From Caldisericaceae bacterium (GTDB taxonomy: Bacteria > Caldisericota > Caldisericia > Caldisericales > Caldisericaceae), in NCBI GenBank assembly GCA_049967855.1, contig JBMFRX010000009.1:1-57444 (forward strand): DNA of 57,444 nucleotides, written 5' to 3'. Under the pieces are notes generated by a model. It saw only the letters and a list, made by a program, of their open reading frames with translations, was not told the DNA's origin and did not search any database. The stretch's first letter is position 1. Each line of letters starts with the position of its first letter. The position numbers were made by a program, and so were the translations under genes. Shown in pieces: positions 30,518 through 40,327 of this stretch.

Positions 30518-31279
30518 CTACGGAAGTTCGAATCTCAGTTCCTTGATGTTGTCAAGGAATTTGTAATTGGTTTGGTCAATAACAAGGGGAGTGATGGCAA
30601 TGTATCCTTCTTTGACTGCTCTGCTGTCAGTCCCCTCTTCAAATTCATCCAATAGTTTTCCGCCTATCCAATAGAATTCACTGCCAAAGGGGTCTTTTCC
30701 TATCATTACCCTATCCGTGTATCTCCGCTTTGAAAGCCGAGTGAACTTGTAACCTTTTACTTCCTCTCGAGGAATATTAGGAACATTTATATTTATGCAG
30801 AATTCTTTGCCGAGAGCTTTCTCTAAAACTAAGTTTGAGAAGAATGCCGTAAATTTAGCTGCATAAGAGAAGTCTGGATTTACAAAGCTATTAACAGACA
30901 CCGCAAATGAAGGTTTACCGTTAAGAAGCCCTTCCCTTGCACCTGCAACCGTGCCTGAATAGATAACATCGTCGCCAAGATTTGGACCAGTGTTTATCCC
31001 TGATATAACAATGTCTATCTGCTCTTTTATCAAGACATCCAGCGCAAGAACAACGCAATCCGCAGGAGACCCAGAAACTTTAAACGATTCCTTTTCGCCA
31101 AGGTTCAAAGGGTAATGATTCGCTCTCAGCGGTTTATGCAAAGTAGTAGAATGACTACCAGCGCTCTGTGGTCCCTCTGGAGCAACTACAAAAACTTCCC
31201 CAATGTGCACCATTTCTCTTACAAGGAATTTAAGTCCCTGCGCTTCGATACCATCGTCGTTTGTAATAAGTATCCTCAT
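30518..31279 (-). CDS. surE: 5'/3'-nucleotidase SurE
   Basis: MRILITNDDGI start at 31279 (SD GAGGTG); GSPADCV, SGIN.GPN and YSGTVAGA. Confidence 0.95.
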   Translation of the reverse strand: MRILITNDDGIEAQGLKFLVREMVHIGEVFVVAPEGPQSAGSHSTTLHKPLRANHYPLNLGEKESFKVSGSPADCVVLALDVLIKEQIDIVISGINTGPNLGDDVIYSGTVAGAREGLLNGKPSFAVSVNSFVNPDFSYAAKFTAFFSNLVLEKALGKEFCININVPNIPREEVKGYKFTRLSKRRYTDRVMIGKDPFGSEFYWIGGKLLDEFEEGTDSRAVKEGYIAITPLVIDQTNYKFLDNIKELRFELP

Positions 31280-31346
31280 TATCCACCTCTTTAAAATTAT
31301 CTTATTAATGATATACTTTTTATTAAAATTAAGCAAGGAGATAAAT

Positions 31347-32450
31347 ATGGAATTCAACAGGCCAATCTGGATTGAGATTGATCTTGCAAAGCTTAAAGAG
31401 AATTTTGAGTTAATTAGGAAAATCGTGAACAATAGGCGGATAATTGCTGTAGTAAAAGCCGATGCCTATGGCCATGGTGCCTGTGAAGTTTCCAAAATCC
31501 TCGAGAAGAGCGGAGCTTATGCCCTTGCAGTTGCCTCTATGGAGGAGGCTCTTATCCTGCGAGAAAACGCAATCAACATTCCTATTCTGGTGCTTGGATA
31601 CGTCGATCCAAAAACAATGGAAATCGCAGCCGAACTTGACATTTCTCTAACGATGTTTGACAAGAGCTTTGTAAAAAGGCTCAAAGAATTTAGAGGCAAA
31701 AAGAAAGTCAAAATACACCTTGACGTAGATACAGGAATGGGGAGATTGGGGATGTTTCCTCTCGAAATACTTCCAGTTGCAAGAGAAATATCTTTGCTTT
31801 CGAACGTTTCAGTTGAAGGTATATATACCCACTTTTCCTCGGCAGACTCCGATAAAGAATACACCGCAAGACAGTTGAACATTTTTAACAATGTGGTTGA
31901 GCAACTCAAAGAGGAAAATCTCTGCCCAGAAATAATACATACTTCCAATAGTGGAGCTGTTCTGAACGAGCCAGAAAGCTATTTCAATACCGTTAGGCCT
32001 GGAATACTTCTCTACGGTCTTACCCCTAACGCAAGTAAAAGCGAATTCCAACCAATTCTCTCTTTTAAATCAAGGGTAATCTCCGTAAGAAACATAAAAA
32101 AAGGTTCAAGCATAGGTTACGGCAGAACATTTACCACAAAAAAAGACTCTCTACTTGCAACAATTCCAATAGGATACGCCGATGGTTTGCCACGCAGCCT
32201 ATCAAACAAAGGAGAAGTTCTAATAAAAGGAAGAAGAGCTCCAATTGTTGGAACCATAAGTATGGACTTAACAGTGATAGATGTAACTGGATTTCCGTAT
32301 ATTCACCCAGGAAATGAAGTTGTTATAATAGGCTCGCAGGGCAATGAAACTATTACTGCCACCGACATAGCCAACCAAACTGGTACAATCAACTACGAAA
32401 TAGTTACAAGAATTGGCAAGCGGGTCAAAAGAATATTTAAGAACGCTTAA
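31347..32450 (+). CDS. alr: Alanine racemase
   Basis: AVVKADAYGHG, DTGMGRLG, RPGI.LYG and IGYADG. ATG 31347 follows SD AAGGAG. Confidence 0.96.
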   Translation: MEFNRPIWIEIDLAKLKENFELIRKIVNNRRIIAVVKADAYGHGACEVSKILEKSGAYALAVASMEEALILRENAINIPILVLGYVDPKTMEIAAELDISLTMFDKSFVKRLKEFRGKKKVKIHLDVDTGMGRLGMFPLEILPVAREISLLSNVSVEGIYTHFSSADSDKEYTARQLNIFNNVVEQLKEENLCPEIIHTSNSGAVLNEPESYFNTVRPGILLYGLTPNASKSEFQPILSFKSRVISVRNIKKGSSIGYGRTFTTKKDSLLATIPIGYADGLPRSLSNKGEVLIKGRRAPIVGTISMDLTVIDVTGFPYIHPGNEVVIIGSQGNETITATDIANQTGTINYEIVTRIGKRVKRIFKNA

Positions 32451-32459
32451 ATAGGCATT

Positions 32460-32487
32460 TTGTAAAAAACATAGAAAACAATATAAT
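32460..32487 (+). promoter_or_regulatory. Putative promoter of the hpf-secA-prfB operon
   Basis: TTGTAA, 16 nt spacer, TATAAT, followed by SD AAGGAGG. Confidence 0.5.
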
Positions 32488-32505
32488 AAACTAAGGAGGC
32501 ACGAA

Positions 32506-33027
32506 ATGGATATAGCAATTACTCTAAGAGGTATTGAAGAAATTCCAGATGTACTTGAAGAAGAGATCAAAGGAAAAATCGTTAAGTTAACAAAGTATTT
32601 TGAGAATATGCAAAAGGCAGTTGTAAGCATCAGCAAGCAGAGAGGCCAATTTTCAGTTGAAACAACCCTTTACGTTGCTGGCAGACTGATTAGATCAACA
32701 GGGAAGGGCAACATAATTGACAAAGCACTCAATGATAATATGGATAAACTTGGTGTTCAGGTCAAAAAATACAACGACAAACTTAAAGAGAAAAAATACA
32801 AAAATCCTATTAAAGAATCGTCAACTGAACTTGAAGCAAGCGAAGAACAATCAAAAGTGGTTAAAGTGAAAACTTTTCAGGTCAAACCAATGGACGTGGA
32901 AGAAGCAATTCTTCAGCTTGAGCTGCTTGACCACGATTTCTTTATTTTTAGAGACGAAGAGACAGAGGAAATTAACGTAATTTATAGAAGGCATGACGGA
33001 AATTACGGATTAATTAAACCTCAATAA
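32506..33027 (+). CDS. hpf: Ribosome hibernation promoting factor (long HPF/RaiA)
   Basis: N-terminal S30AE-like domain; C-terminal KPMDVEEAILQLELLDHDFFIF...YRRHDGNYGLI. Lies upstream of secA. Confidence 0.92.
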   Translation: MDIAITLRGIEEIPDVLEEEIKGKIVKLTKYFENMQKAVVSISKQRGQFSVETTLYVAGRLIRSTGKGNIIDKALNDNMDKLGVQVKKYNDKLKEKKYKNPIKESSTELEASEEQSKVVKVKTFQVKPMDVEEAILQLELLDHDFFIFRDEETEEINVIYRRHDGNYGLIKPQ

Positions 33028-33038
33028 GTTTTAAGAAA

Positions 33039-35486
33039 ATGCTACTAGATATTTTCGACCCAGTAAAGAGAAATTTAAAGCATTACTGGGAATTAGTTGG
33101 TTATATAAATTCTTTTGAACAGACCATTTCCAGTCTCTCAGATAGCGAGCTTGCTCATAAAACCATTGAATTTAAGGAAAGACTTGCAAATGGAGAGTCA
33201 GACCTGGCAATTCTTCCTGAGGCATTTGCCGTAGTTAGAGAGGCAGCAAAGAGAACGATCGGAATGAGGCATTTTGACGTTCAAATCCTTGGAGGAATGG
33301 TTCTATACAATGGCGGCATAGCAGAAATGAAGACAGGTGAAGGCAAAACACTTGTTGCAACTCTACCGCTTTACCTCAATGCAATACAGGGCCATGGTGG
33401 TCACCTTGTAACGGTCAACGATTATCTTGCAAAAAGAGATAGCGAGTGGATGGGTCCTGTGTATAAATTCTTAGGACTTTCAGTAGGGCTTATCCAGCAC
33501 GACTCGACTTATGAAGAGCGGAGAAGTGCATACAATGCCGATATCACATATGGAACAAACAACGAGTTCGGATTTGACTATCTTAGAGACCATATGGCCG
33601 TATCAAAGGAACAAATTGTACAGCGAGAACTTTATTATGCAATCGTTGACGAGGTTGACAGCATACTGATTGACGAGGCACGCACGCCATTAATAATCTC
33701 AGGACCTTCGGAAGAATCAACTGAAATGTACTACACAGCAAAAAAAGTTGCAGACAGATTAGAAGAAAACGTCGATTACGAAGGCGATGAGAAACTGAAG
33801 ACAGTAAACCTAACCCAAGATGGAGTGAAAAAGGTCGAAGGTATTCTGCGAATAGACAACCTCTTTGATGAGAGATTTGTTGACATAGTGAAACATATAA
33901 ACCAGGCAATCAAAGCAAAGAAATATTTCAAGAACGAAGTGGATTACATCGTAAAAGATGGCGAAGTAATAATAATTGACGAATTTACAGGAAGGCTTAT
34001 GTTTGGAAGGCGTTATAGCGACGGCCTTCATCAAGCAATTGAGGCAAAAGAAGGGCTTCGTGTTCAAAGTGAAAACCAAACGCTTGCAACCATAACATTC
34101 CAGAATTATTTCAGGCTCTACAAGAAACTGGCAGGAATGACAGGAACAGCACTCACAGAGGCAAAAGAATTTAAAGAAATTTACAACCTTGATGTTTATG
34201 TCATCCCGACAAACAAACCAGTAATAAGAATAGACCTCCCCGATGTAGTTTACAAAACCGAGGCAGCAAAATTCAATGCAATCGTCCAAAAAATAGAGGA
34301 GCTCTACAAGAAAGGACAGCCAGTCCTTGTAGGAACACGTTCCGTTGAAAAGTCCGAAAGGCTGTCATCAATGCTTAAAAAGAAGGGCATTCCACATAAT
34401 GTTTTGAATGCAAAATATCACGAAAAAGAAGCAGAAATAATAAAAGACGCTGGTGAATTCAAAATGGTCACCATTGCCACAAATATGGCAGGAAGAGGTG
34501 TTGATATAAAGCTCGGCAACGGTATAACAGATCTTGGTGGGCTCTTTATCCTTGGAACAGAAAGGCACGAGGCAAGAAGAATCGACAACCAACTGAGAGG
34601 CCGTTCTGGCAGGCAGGGAGACCCAGGAGCATCTCAATTCTACATTTCCCTGGAAGATGATTTGATGCGAATTTTTGGCGGTGACACAATAAAAAATATG
34701 CTGACCACACTAAAGGTCGATGAAGATGAACCTATTCAGCATCCAATACTTTCACGCACAATAGAGAGTGCACAGAAAAAAGTTGAATCATATAACTTTG
34801 GCATCAGAAAAAATCTTCTTGATTACGACAATGTCCTCGAGAAACAAAGAGAGGTTGTTTATGCAGAGAGAGACAAGATATTCAAACAGGATTCAATAAG
34901 AGAAGAAATCCTTGGAATGATATCTGAGGTTACTTCAAACATAATCGCGGCTCATTTTTCAGAGAATGCAATGATGGATAGCGAAAATGTCAAGGTGTTG
35001 CAGTCGGCATTATCTGCGCTTTTTAACAGGCCTATTTCCTTTGACCTGTCAAAGGTAGAAAACCTTAGCAAGGAAGCAGCAACAGAGGAAATCGTGAACC
35101 TTGCATTAAACCTTTATGCTGAAAAAGAGGCAGAATTCGGACCTGAGCTAGCTCGACAAATTGAAAAATATATACTCTTGAATTCAATCGACTCCAATTG
35201 GAAAGACCACCTTTACGCAATGGACGACCTCAAAGAAGGAATTGGATTGAGAGCTTATGGCCAACAGGACCCTTTAATTGCCTATCAGATTGAATCACAT
35301 GACCTTTTTGATGGAATGCTGGAAAGAGTAAAAGATGACACCGTGAGAACATTGTTCAGAGTAGTAATCAACAAAGAAGAAAAACCCAAAGAGGAAATTG
35401 AAAAGGAAAATACTTCGATATCTAAGGATGACAGGAAGAAAAGGCGTGTTGAAGAAAAGAAACTTAAGAAGAAGAGAAAGTTATGA
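33039..35486 (+). CDS. secA: Preprotein translocase subunit SecA
   Basis: MKTGEGKT, VTVNDYLA, DEVDSILIDEARTPLIISG and RRIDNQLRGRSGRQGDPG. Confidence 0.98.
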   Translation: MLLDIFDPVKRNLKHYWELVGYINSFEQTISSLSDSELAHKTIEFKERLANGESDLAILPEAFAVVREAAKRTIGMRHFDVQILGGMVLYNGGIAEMKTGEGKTLVATLPLYLNAIQGHGGHLVTVNDYLAKRDSEWMGPVYKFLGLSVGLIQHDSTYEERRSAYNADITYGTNNEFGFDYLRDHMAVSKEQIVQRELYYAIVDEVDSILIDEARTPLIISGPSEESTEMYYTAKKVADRLEENVDYEGDEKLKTVNLTQDGVKKVEGILRIDNLFDERFVDIVKHINQAIKAKKYFKNEVDYIVKDGEVIIIDEFTGRLMFGRRYSDGLHQAIEAKEGLRVQSENQTLATITFQNYFRLYKKLAGMTGTALTEAKEFKEIYNLDVYVIPTNKPVIRIDLPDVVYKTEAAKFNAIVQKIEELYKKGQPVLVGTRSVEKSERLSSMLKKKGIPHNVLNAKYHEKEAEIIKDAGEFKMVTIATNMAGRGVDIKLGNGITDLGGLFILGTERHEARRIDNQLRGRSGRQGDPGASQFYISLEDDLMRIFGGDTIKNMLTTLKVDEDEPIQHPILSRTIESAQKKVESYNFGIRKNLLDYDNVLEKQREVVYAERDKIFKQDSIREEILGMISEVTSNIIAAHFSENAMMDSENVKVLQSALSALFNRPISFDLSKVENLSKEAATEEIVNLALNLYAEKEAEFGPELARQIEKYILLNSIDSNWKDHLYAMDDLKEGIGLRAYGQQDPLIAYQIESHDLFDGMLERVKDDTVRTLFRVVINKEEKPKEEIEKENTSISKDDRKKRRVEEKKLKKKRKL

Positions 35487-36577
35487 TTAATGACGAACTC
35501 AAGCATGAAGCTCAATTATCAATAAATAAGATTGATAAGGCACTGGACGAACAATGGCTCATAGAAAAGACTTCAAAGATAAAAGAACTTGAGTCAATTT
35601 GTGCAAGTCCAGATTTCTGGAAACAGAAAGATTCCAAAGAAACCCTTAAGGCTCTGGCTCTTTTGAGAAAAGAAGTTGAAAAGTTCTCAACCATCAAGAA
35701 CCTGAAAGAGGAGCTTGAGACAATGCTTGTGCTCTACAACGAAACAGAAGAACCAATGGACAATGAGCTGAAACCAGTTCTTGAAGAAGCCAATGGGAGG
35801 CTTAAAGAATGGGAAACTGAGCGTTATCTTTCAGATGCCTACGATGACCTTAATGCCTTCGTTTCTTTTTCCTCAGGAGCAGGCGGCGTAGACGCAATGG
35901 ACTGGACAGAGATGCTCTTGAAAATGTACCTTCGCTGGGCAGAAAGAAAAGGCTTCGAAACAAAAATACTTGAGCAAACTTTTGGAGACGAGGCAGGAGT
36001 TAAAAGCGCCACAGTTTACTTTAAAGGAGACTTTGCCTATGGCCTCCTCAAATCTGAGTCTGGAGTTCACAGGCTTGTGAGAATCTCTCCGTTTGATGCA
36101 AACAAAAGAAGGCACACTTCATTTGCACTTGTTGAAGTTGTACCAGAACTTGAAGAAATCGAAGACATTGAAATTGACGAGAAAGACCTTAAAATAGAGA
36201 TTTCGCGTTCGAGCGGACACGGAGGCCAGAACGTCCAAAAAGTTGAAACAGCCGTAAGGATAGTGCACATACCGACAGGAATCACTGCAGAATGTCAGGA
36301 TGAACGCTCCCAGTTGCAGAACAAGAATATGGCTCTGAAGGTTTTGAAATCACGATTGATACTTCTCGAGAAAAAGAAACAAGAAAGCAAACTAAAAGAA
36401 ATAAAAGGCGACTTCAAATCAATTGAGTGGGGAAATGAAATTCGCTCCTATGTGTTGCAACCCTACAAGCTTGTGAAAGACCATAGAAACAACTTCGAAG
36501 TAGGTAATGTTGACAAAGTGCTCGAAGGAGATATAGATGAGTTCATCTGGGCTTATCTCAAAAGTCAAAAACAGTAA
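35483..36577 (+). CDS. prfB: Peptide chain release factor 2 (no internal frameshift)
   Basis: GVHRLVRISPFD (SPF), GGQ and WGNEIRSY in one continuous reading frame. Confidence 0.96.
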   Translation: MINDELKHEAQLSINKIDKALDEQWLIEKTSKIKELESICASPDFWKQKDSKETLKALALLRKEVEKFSTIKNLKEELETMLVLYNETEEPMDNELKPVLEEANGRLKEWETERYLSDAYDDLNAFVSFSSGAGGVDAMDWTEMLLKMYLRWAERKGFETKILEQTFGDEAGVKSATVYFKGDFAYGLLKSESGVHRLVRISPFDANKRRHTSFALVEVVPELEEIEDIEIDEKDLKIEISRSSGHGGQNVQKVETAVRIVHIPTGITAECQDERSQLQNKNMALKVLKSRLILLEKKKQESKLKEIKGDFKSIEWGNEIRSYVLQPYKLVKDHRNNFEVGNVDKVLEGDIDEFIWAYLKSQKQ

Positions 36578-37436
36578 AAGCACTCTAAAAACGCTTACAA
36601 TAAACTCACTGGGTATATTGTTGGGATCACTAATATACGCTCTCGGAGTGAACATTTTCATACAGCCTAACCATATAGCGCCAGGCGGTTTCATAGGAAT
36701 TGCCATAATCCTTAACCACTTCTCTCCTGTTTTCAGAATCGGCATGACAATAATAATTATGAATATCCCCTTATTCCTTATAGGCGGTAAAAGGCTTGGC
36801 AAACAATTCCTGTTGAGCTCCATAGTAGGAACGTTTCTTTCCTCAATTCTAATAGACATAACACTTCCCTTTGTTCCGGAACTTAAGACTGATCCAATTC
36901 TTGCTGCAATCTATGGAGGATTCCTGATGGGTGCTGGTATCGGTATAATATTCAGATTCTACGGCTCGACAGGTGGAACAGACCTTCTTGCTCAAATTGC
37001 CTATGACTTCACAGGACTTCCTTTTGGACAATCACTAATGCTTATTGATACCGCTATAATAATACTGTCGGGAATAGTTTTTAAAAGCGTCAACATACCT
37101 CTCTATTCAATTATTGCGGAGTTTGTAAGCAACTATGCCATTGACATCGCACAGGAAGGGTTCACCTTTTACAAGACACTAATGGTCATTACAATGAAAC
37201 CTGAAGAAATAAAGCAAGCTATCTTCAGTGAGTTAGAGAGAGGCATTACTGAAATGAACGCAACAGGAGCCTACACAGGCCAGAACAAAAAAGTGTTACT
37301 TGTAGCTATACCTCACACAGAGGTCTCAAAAGCAAAAAAAATAATTCTTGCAATTGACCCATCAAGCTTTGTAATTATAGGGACAGCTTCAGAAATCATT
37401 GGACAGGGTTTCAAGTCTCACGAGGAGAGAATATGA
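36537..37436 (+). CDS. YitT family membrane protein
   Basis: PGG..GIA, NIPLF, GSTGGTD, RGIT...GAYT and IDP.SF. SD AAGGAG lies inside prfB. Confidence 0.9.
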   Translation: MSSSGLISKVKNSKSTLKTLTINSLGILLGSLIYALGVNIFIQPNHIAPGGFIGIAIILNHFSPVFRIGMTIIIMNIPLFLIGGKRLGKQFLLSSIVGTFLSSILIDITLPFVPELKTDPILAAIYGGFLMGAGIGIIFRFYGSTGGTDLLAQIAYDFTGLPFGQSLMLIDTAIIILSGIVFKSVNIPLYSIIAEFVSNYAIDIAQEGFTFYKTLMVITMKPEEIKQAIFSELERGITEMNATGAYTGQNKKVLLVAIPHTEVSKAKKIILAIDPSSFVIIGTASEIIGQGFKSHEERI

Positions 37437-38089
37437 TCGAACTAAAGAACATAGAAAAGGTTTACCCCAACGGAACTACTGCACTCTCTAAGGTTAGCTT
37501 CAGCATACAGGACGGTGACTTCGTTATCTTAATGGGGGAATCTGGCGCTGGAAAAACTACACTGCTCAAGATAATCCACGGACAGGAAGAGCCAACATCT
37601 GGAAGCATTTTTCTTGACGGCAAAGATTTGAAGCTCATATCAAAGTCATTCCTGAGGCGAGAAATTGGTTTTGCTTTTCAAGATTTTATGTTAATTGAGG
37701 ACCGTACAGTTTTTGAGAATGTTTCGCTCCCCTTGCAAATCAGAGGAGAATCGTACGGAGCCCTTAACAATAAAGTTCACACATCACTTAAAGCAATGAA
37801 ACTGGATGAAAAGTCATATAAACTGGTGCGAGAGCTTTCTGGAGGCGAGAAACAACGCATATCAATTGCCAGGGCACTGATATCTAATCCGCATATTCTC
37901 ATACTGGATGAACCAACAGGGAACCTTGACTCAGATACTGCAAAAGAGGTAATATCCTACGTGGAGGCAATGAACGAAAACGGCACAACCGTAATAATGT
38001 CAACCCACCATATCGTTGAATGGAATGGAAGACCAAAAACGGTTATAAAACTCAAAAACGGGAGAATTTTGAAGAGGGACTATGCATAG
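37433..38089 (+). CDS. ftsE: Cell division ATP-binding protein FtsE
   Basis: GESGAGKTT, FQDF, LSGGEKQR and DEPTGNLD; followed by ftsX. Confidence 0.9.
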   Translation: MIELKNIEKVYPNGTTALSKVSFSIQDGDFVILMGESGAGKTTLLKIIHGQEEPTSGSIFLDGKDLKLISKSFLRREIGFAFQDFMLIEDRTVFENVSLPLQIRGESYGALNNKVHTSLKAMKLDEKSYKLVRELSGGEKQRISIARALISNPHILILDEPTGNLDSDTAKEVISYVEAMNENGTTVIMSTHHIVEWNGRPKTVIKLKNGRILKRDYA

Positions 38090-38951
38090 ACTAATTTACA
38101 TTTTAAGACAGACTTTGTTGCTTGTGAAGGAGAGCAAGAAAATTGCTCTTGCTTCAATTGTTTTCTTAATCATAGGCATGCTCACGTTGGGCTCGACATA
38201 CATAATCGGGCAGAAGCTATTTCAAACTTCCTTCAGCCTGAAACAGAAAATAAATATAACAGTATTTTTTAAGGTTGATGCTGTTCCGTCTGATATTCTA
38301 AACACCGTTGACGCTGTAAAACTGATCGATGGCGTGAAGAGCGTTGAACTGAAGACAAGCGAACAGGCTAAAGACGATTTTATATCCCTTTATCCTCAAT
38401 ACAAAGAATTCCTGAGTTCGCTTAAAAGGAATCCTATTCCCTATACGGCAACAATTTACCTTACGAATAACAGCAATGGCGATAAAATACAGTCGGTTAT
38501 CAAAACTTTCCCAACTGTTGACACGGTTATTTTCTCAGGCGATACAGCTCAAAAAATCAATAACCTGTCCGCACTAATTTGGAGCCTTTTTGTCGCAATA
38601 CTTGTAGTCGTAATAGCCGAATTTACTTTCACGATTCAAAGCTCTGTTTCATTTCTTGTCGATTTTAGAAAATCAGAAATAAAAATACTTCAGCTCATCG
38701 GAGCAGACAAATTGTTCATAGAAATTCCCTTTATATTGATAGCCTCCCTGCTTTCAACAATTGCCTGGGCAATTTCTTCTTATGTCCTTACAAAAGTCGA
38801 CATCTGGAGCAACTCCATTGTCCAGGGGCTACTGCCGTTCTCAACAGCTATTACAAGTGTAAACCTCAGATTGGTTTCTCTGGCTCTCTTAGCCCTTGGT
38901 TTGTTCATAAGTTTATTGGGAAGCCTCGGACCACTGAGAAGGCAATTTTAG
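38082..38951 (+). CDS. ftsX: Cell division permease FtsX
   Basis: TM1, a large extracytoplasmic loop (NPIP) and three more TMs; RKSEIKILQLIGA...I..PF. Confidence 0.85.
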   Translation: MHRLIYILRQTLLLVKESKKIALASIVFLIIGMLTLGSTYIIGQKLFQTSFSLKQKINITVFFKVDAVPSDILNTVDAVKLIDGVKSVELKTSEQAKDDFISLYPQYKEFLSSLKRNPIPYTATIYLTNNSNGDKIQSVIKTFPTVDTVIFSGDTAQKINNLSALIWSLFVAILVVVIAEFTFTIQSSVSFLVDFRKSEIKILQLIGADKLFIEIPFILIASLLSTIAWAISSYVLTKVDIWSNSIVQGLLPFSTAITSVNLRLVSLALLALGLFISLLGSLGPLRRQF

Positions 38952-38953
38952 AT

Positions 38954-40084
38954 ATGAAGAAAGTCATTTTGATATTTCTCGTTATTACAAGCATCTTTCT
39001 TACCTGTTTTATGCCAAGAGCTTTTTCTGGACTCACTGAAGAGCAAAAGAAACTTGATGACTACAAGAAACAACTTGACCAGGTTAAAAAGAACCTTGTG
39101 AGTATTGATTCGTCCTCCAAGGAAATCAAATCTCTTGTTGACAATCTGTCCTCCGAAATAACTGTGGTTAATAGCGACATAGCCCAGACAGAACAAAGCA
39201 TTGCTGCCCTCAAATTAGATATTACGGTTAAGGAATCTCTCATCAAATCAAAAGAGGCAGACATTGCACAGGAGGAATCAGAAATCGAAGATGTAATAAA
39301 CTTATCATACAAACTCTCCTCAACCACACCAATGGAAATACTTTTTGAAGGGAATGATCCAAACTCTGTGGCGCTAAAAATTTCTTATATTTCTTACATC
39401 TCGTCTTATACTAAAAACCTTATGGACAAGGCAATTATTGACAAGAATAATCTGGTTCAGCAGAAAGCAGCCCTTCAAAAGAACCAGGCAAGTCTTGAAG
39501 CATTTCTAAAAGAAAAAGAGCAAGAATCGCAGGTGCTTTCGGAAGAAGTTGATATGAAAAATAATCTGCTGAAAAGTCTTCAGGAGAAAAAAACCTACCT
39601 TCTTTATCAAAAAAGTGAAATTGAGAAAGAAATAGAGGCAGAAAACAAAAAGATAGCCCAGTTGATAGAGGAAGCTAAGAAAGGAAATGCTATTCTTACA
39701 ACAGGTTTGATATGGCCAGTGAAAGGCCCTATTACAGACGTATTTGGCTGGAGAATAAACCCTCTTTGGGGCGGAAGGGAATTCCATGAAGGCATTGACA
39801 TAGGAGTAGCAACTGGAACACCAGTTCATGCAGCTGCAAGTGGCGTAGTAACCTATGCAGGATGGATGACTGGCTATGGCAATATGGTGATGATATATCA
39901 CGGTTCAGATGTCACAACCCTCTACGCGCACCTAAAGAGTTTCGCAATCAAAAAAGGCGACTCTGTCAGTCAGGGACAAACTATTGCCTATTCTGACAAT
40001 ACTGGCTGGTCAACAGGTCCACACCTTCATTTTGGTGTTTATGTTGGGGATAAGGCAGTAGACCCGTTAAAGTATTTGCCATAA
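38954..40084 (+). CDS. Coiled-coil M23 (LytM) murein hydrolase, EnvC/CwlO-like FtsEX partner
   Basis: Signal peptide, long coiled coil, and intact HEGID and HLH zinc ligands. Confidence 0.9.
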   Translation: MKKVILIFLVITSIFLTCFMPRAFSGLTEEQKKLDDYKKQLDQVKKNLVSIDSSSKEIKSLVDNLSSEITVVNSDIAQTEQSIAALKLDITVKESLIKSKEADIAQEESEIEDVINLSYKLSSTTPMEILFEGNDPNSVALKISYISYISSYTKNLMDKAIIDKNNLVQQKAALQKNQASLEAFLKEKEQESQVLSEEVDMKNNLLKSLQEKKTYLLYQKSEIEKEIEAENKKIAQLIEEAKKGNAILTTGLIWPVKGPITDVFGWRINPLWGGREFHEGIDIGVATGTPVHAAASGVVTYAGWMTGYGNMVMIYHGSDVTTLYAHLKSFAIKKGDSVSQGQTIAYSDNTGWSTGPHLHFGVYVGDKAVDPLKYLP

Positions 40085-40088
40085 CAGC

Positions 40089-40116
40089 TTGACTATAATT
40101 GAAAAACAACTAAAAT
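40089..40116 (+). promoter_or_regulatory. Promoter of the rpoZ-coaBC-metK-priA operon
   Basis: TTGACT, 16 nt spacer, TAAAAT. Confidence 0.6.
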
Positions 40117-40138
40117 ATTTAATCTGAGAGGTGACAAA

Positions 40139-40327
40139 ATGGAAGATACAAAAATGTACGTGGAACTTTTGAATAAGGTTGAGAAAAACAAATACAAGCT
40201 CGTACAAAAGATTTTAAAGGAAGGATCAAGGCTTGCAAAAATCAACCCTGATTTTGATCCTTTTTACACTGGAGATTTCTTACAAAAGGTCGAAGAGAGC
40301 CTTATAGAGGAGGCAGAAGATAAATAG
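40139..40327 (+). CDS. Probable divergent RNA polymerase omega subunit
   Basis: 62 aa with SD GAGGTG. ELLNKVEKNKYKLV resembles the omega N-terminal motif, and the gene sits at the rpoZ position before coaBC-metK-priA. Confidence 0.6.
   Translation: MEDTKMYVELLNKVEKNKYKLVQKILKEGSRLAKINPDFDPFYTGDFLQKVEESLIEEAEDK

Noticed and set aside
31203..31432. Long head-to-head overlap of surE and alr implied by the ORF track
   Set aside because: The true starts (31279 and 31347) have SDs and family N-termini, leaving a 67-bp divergent gap.
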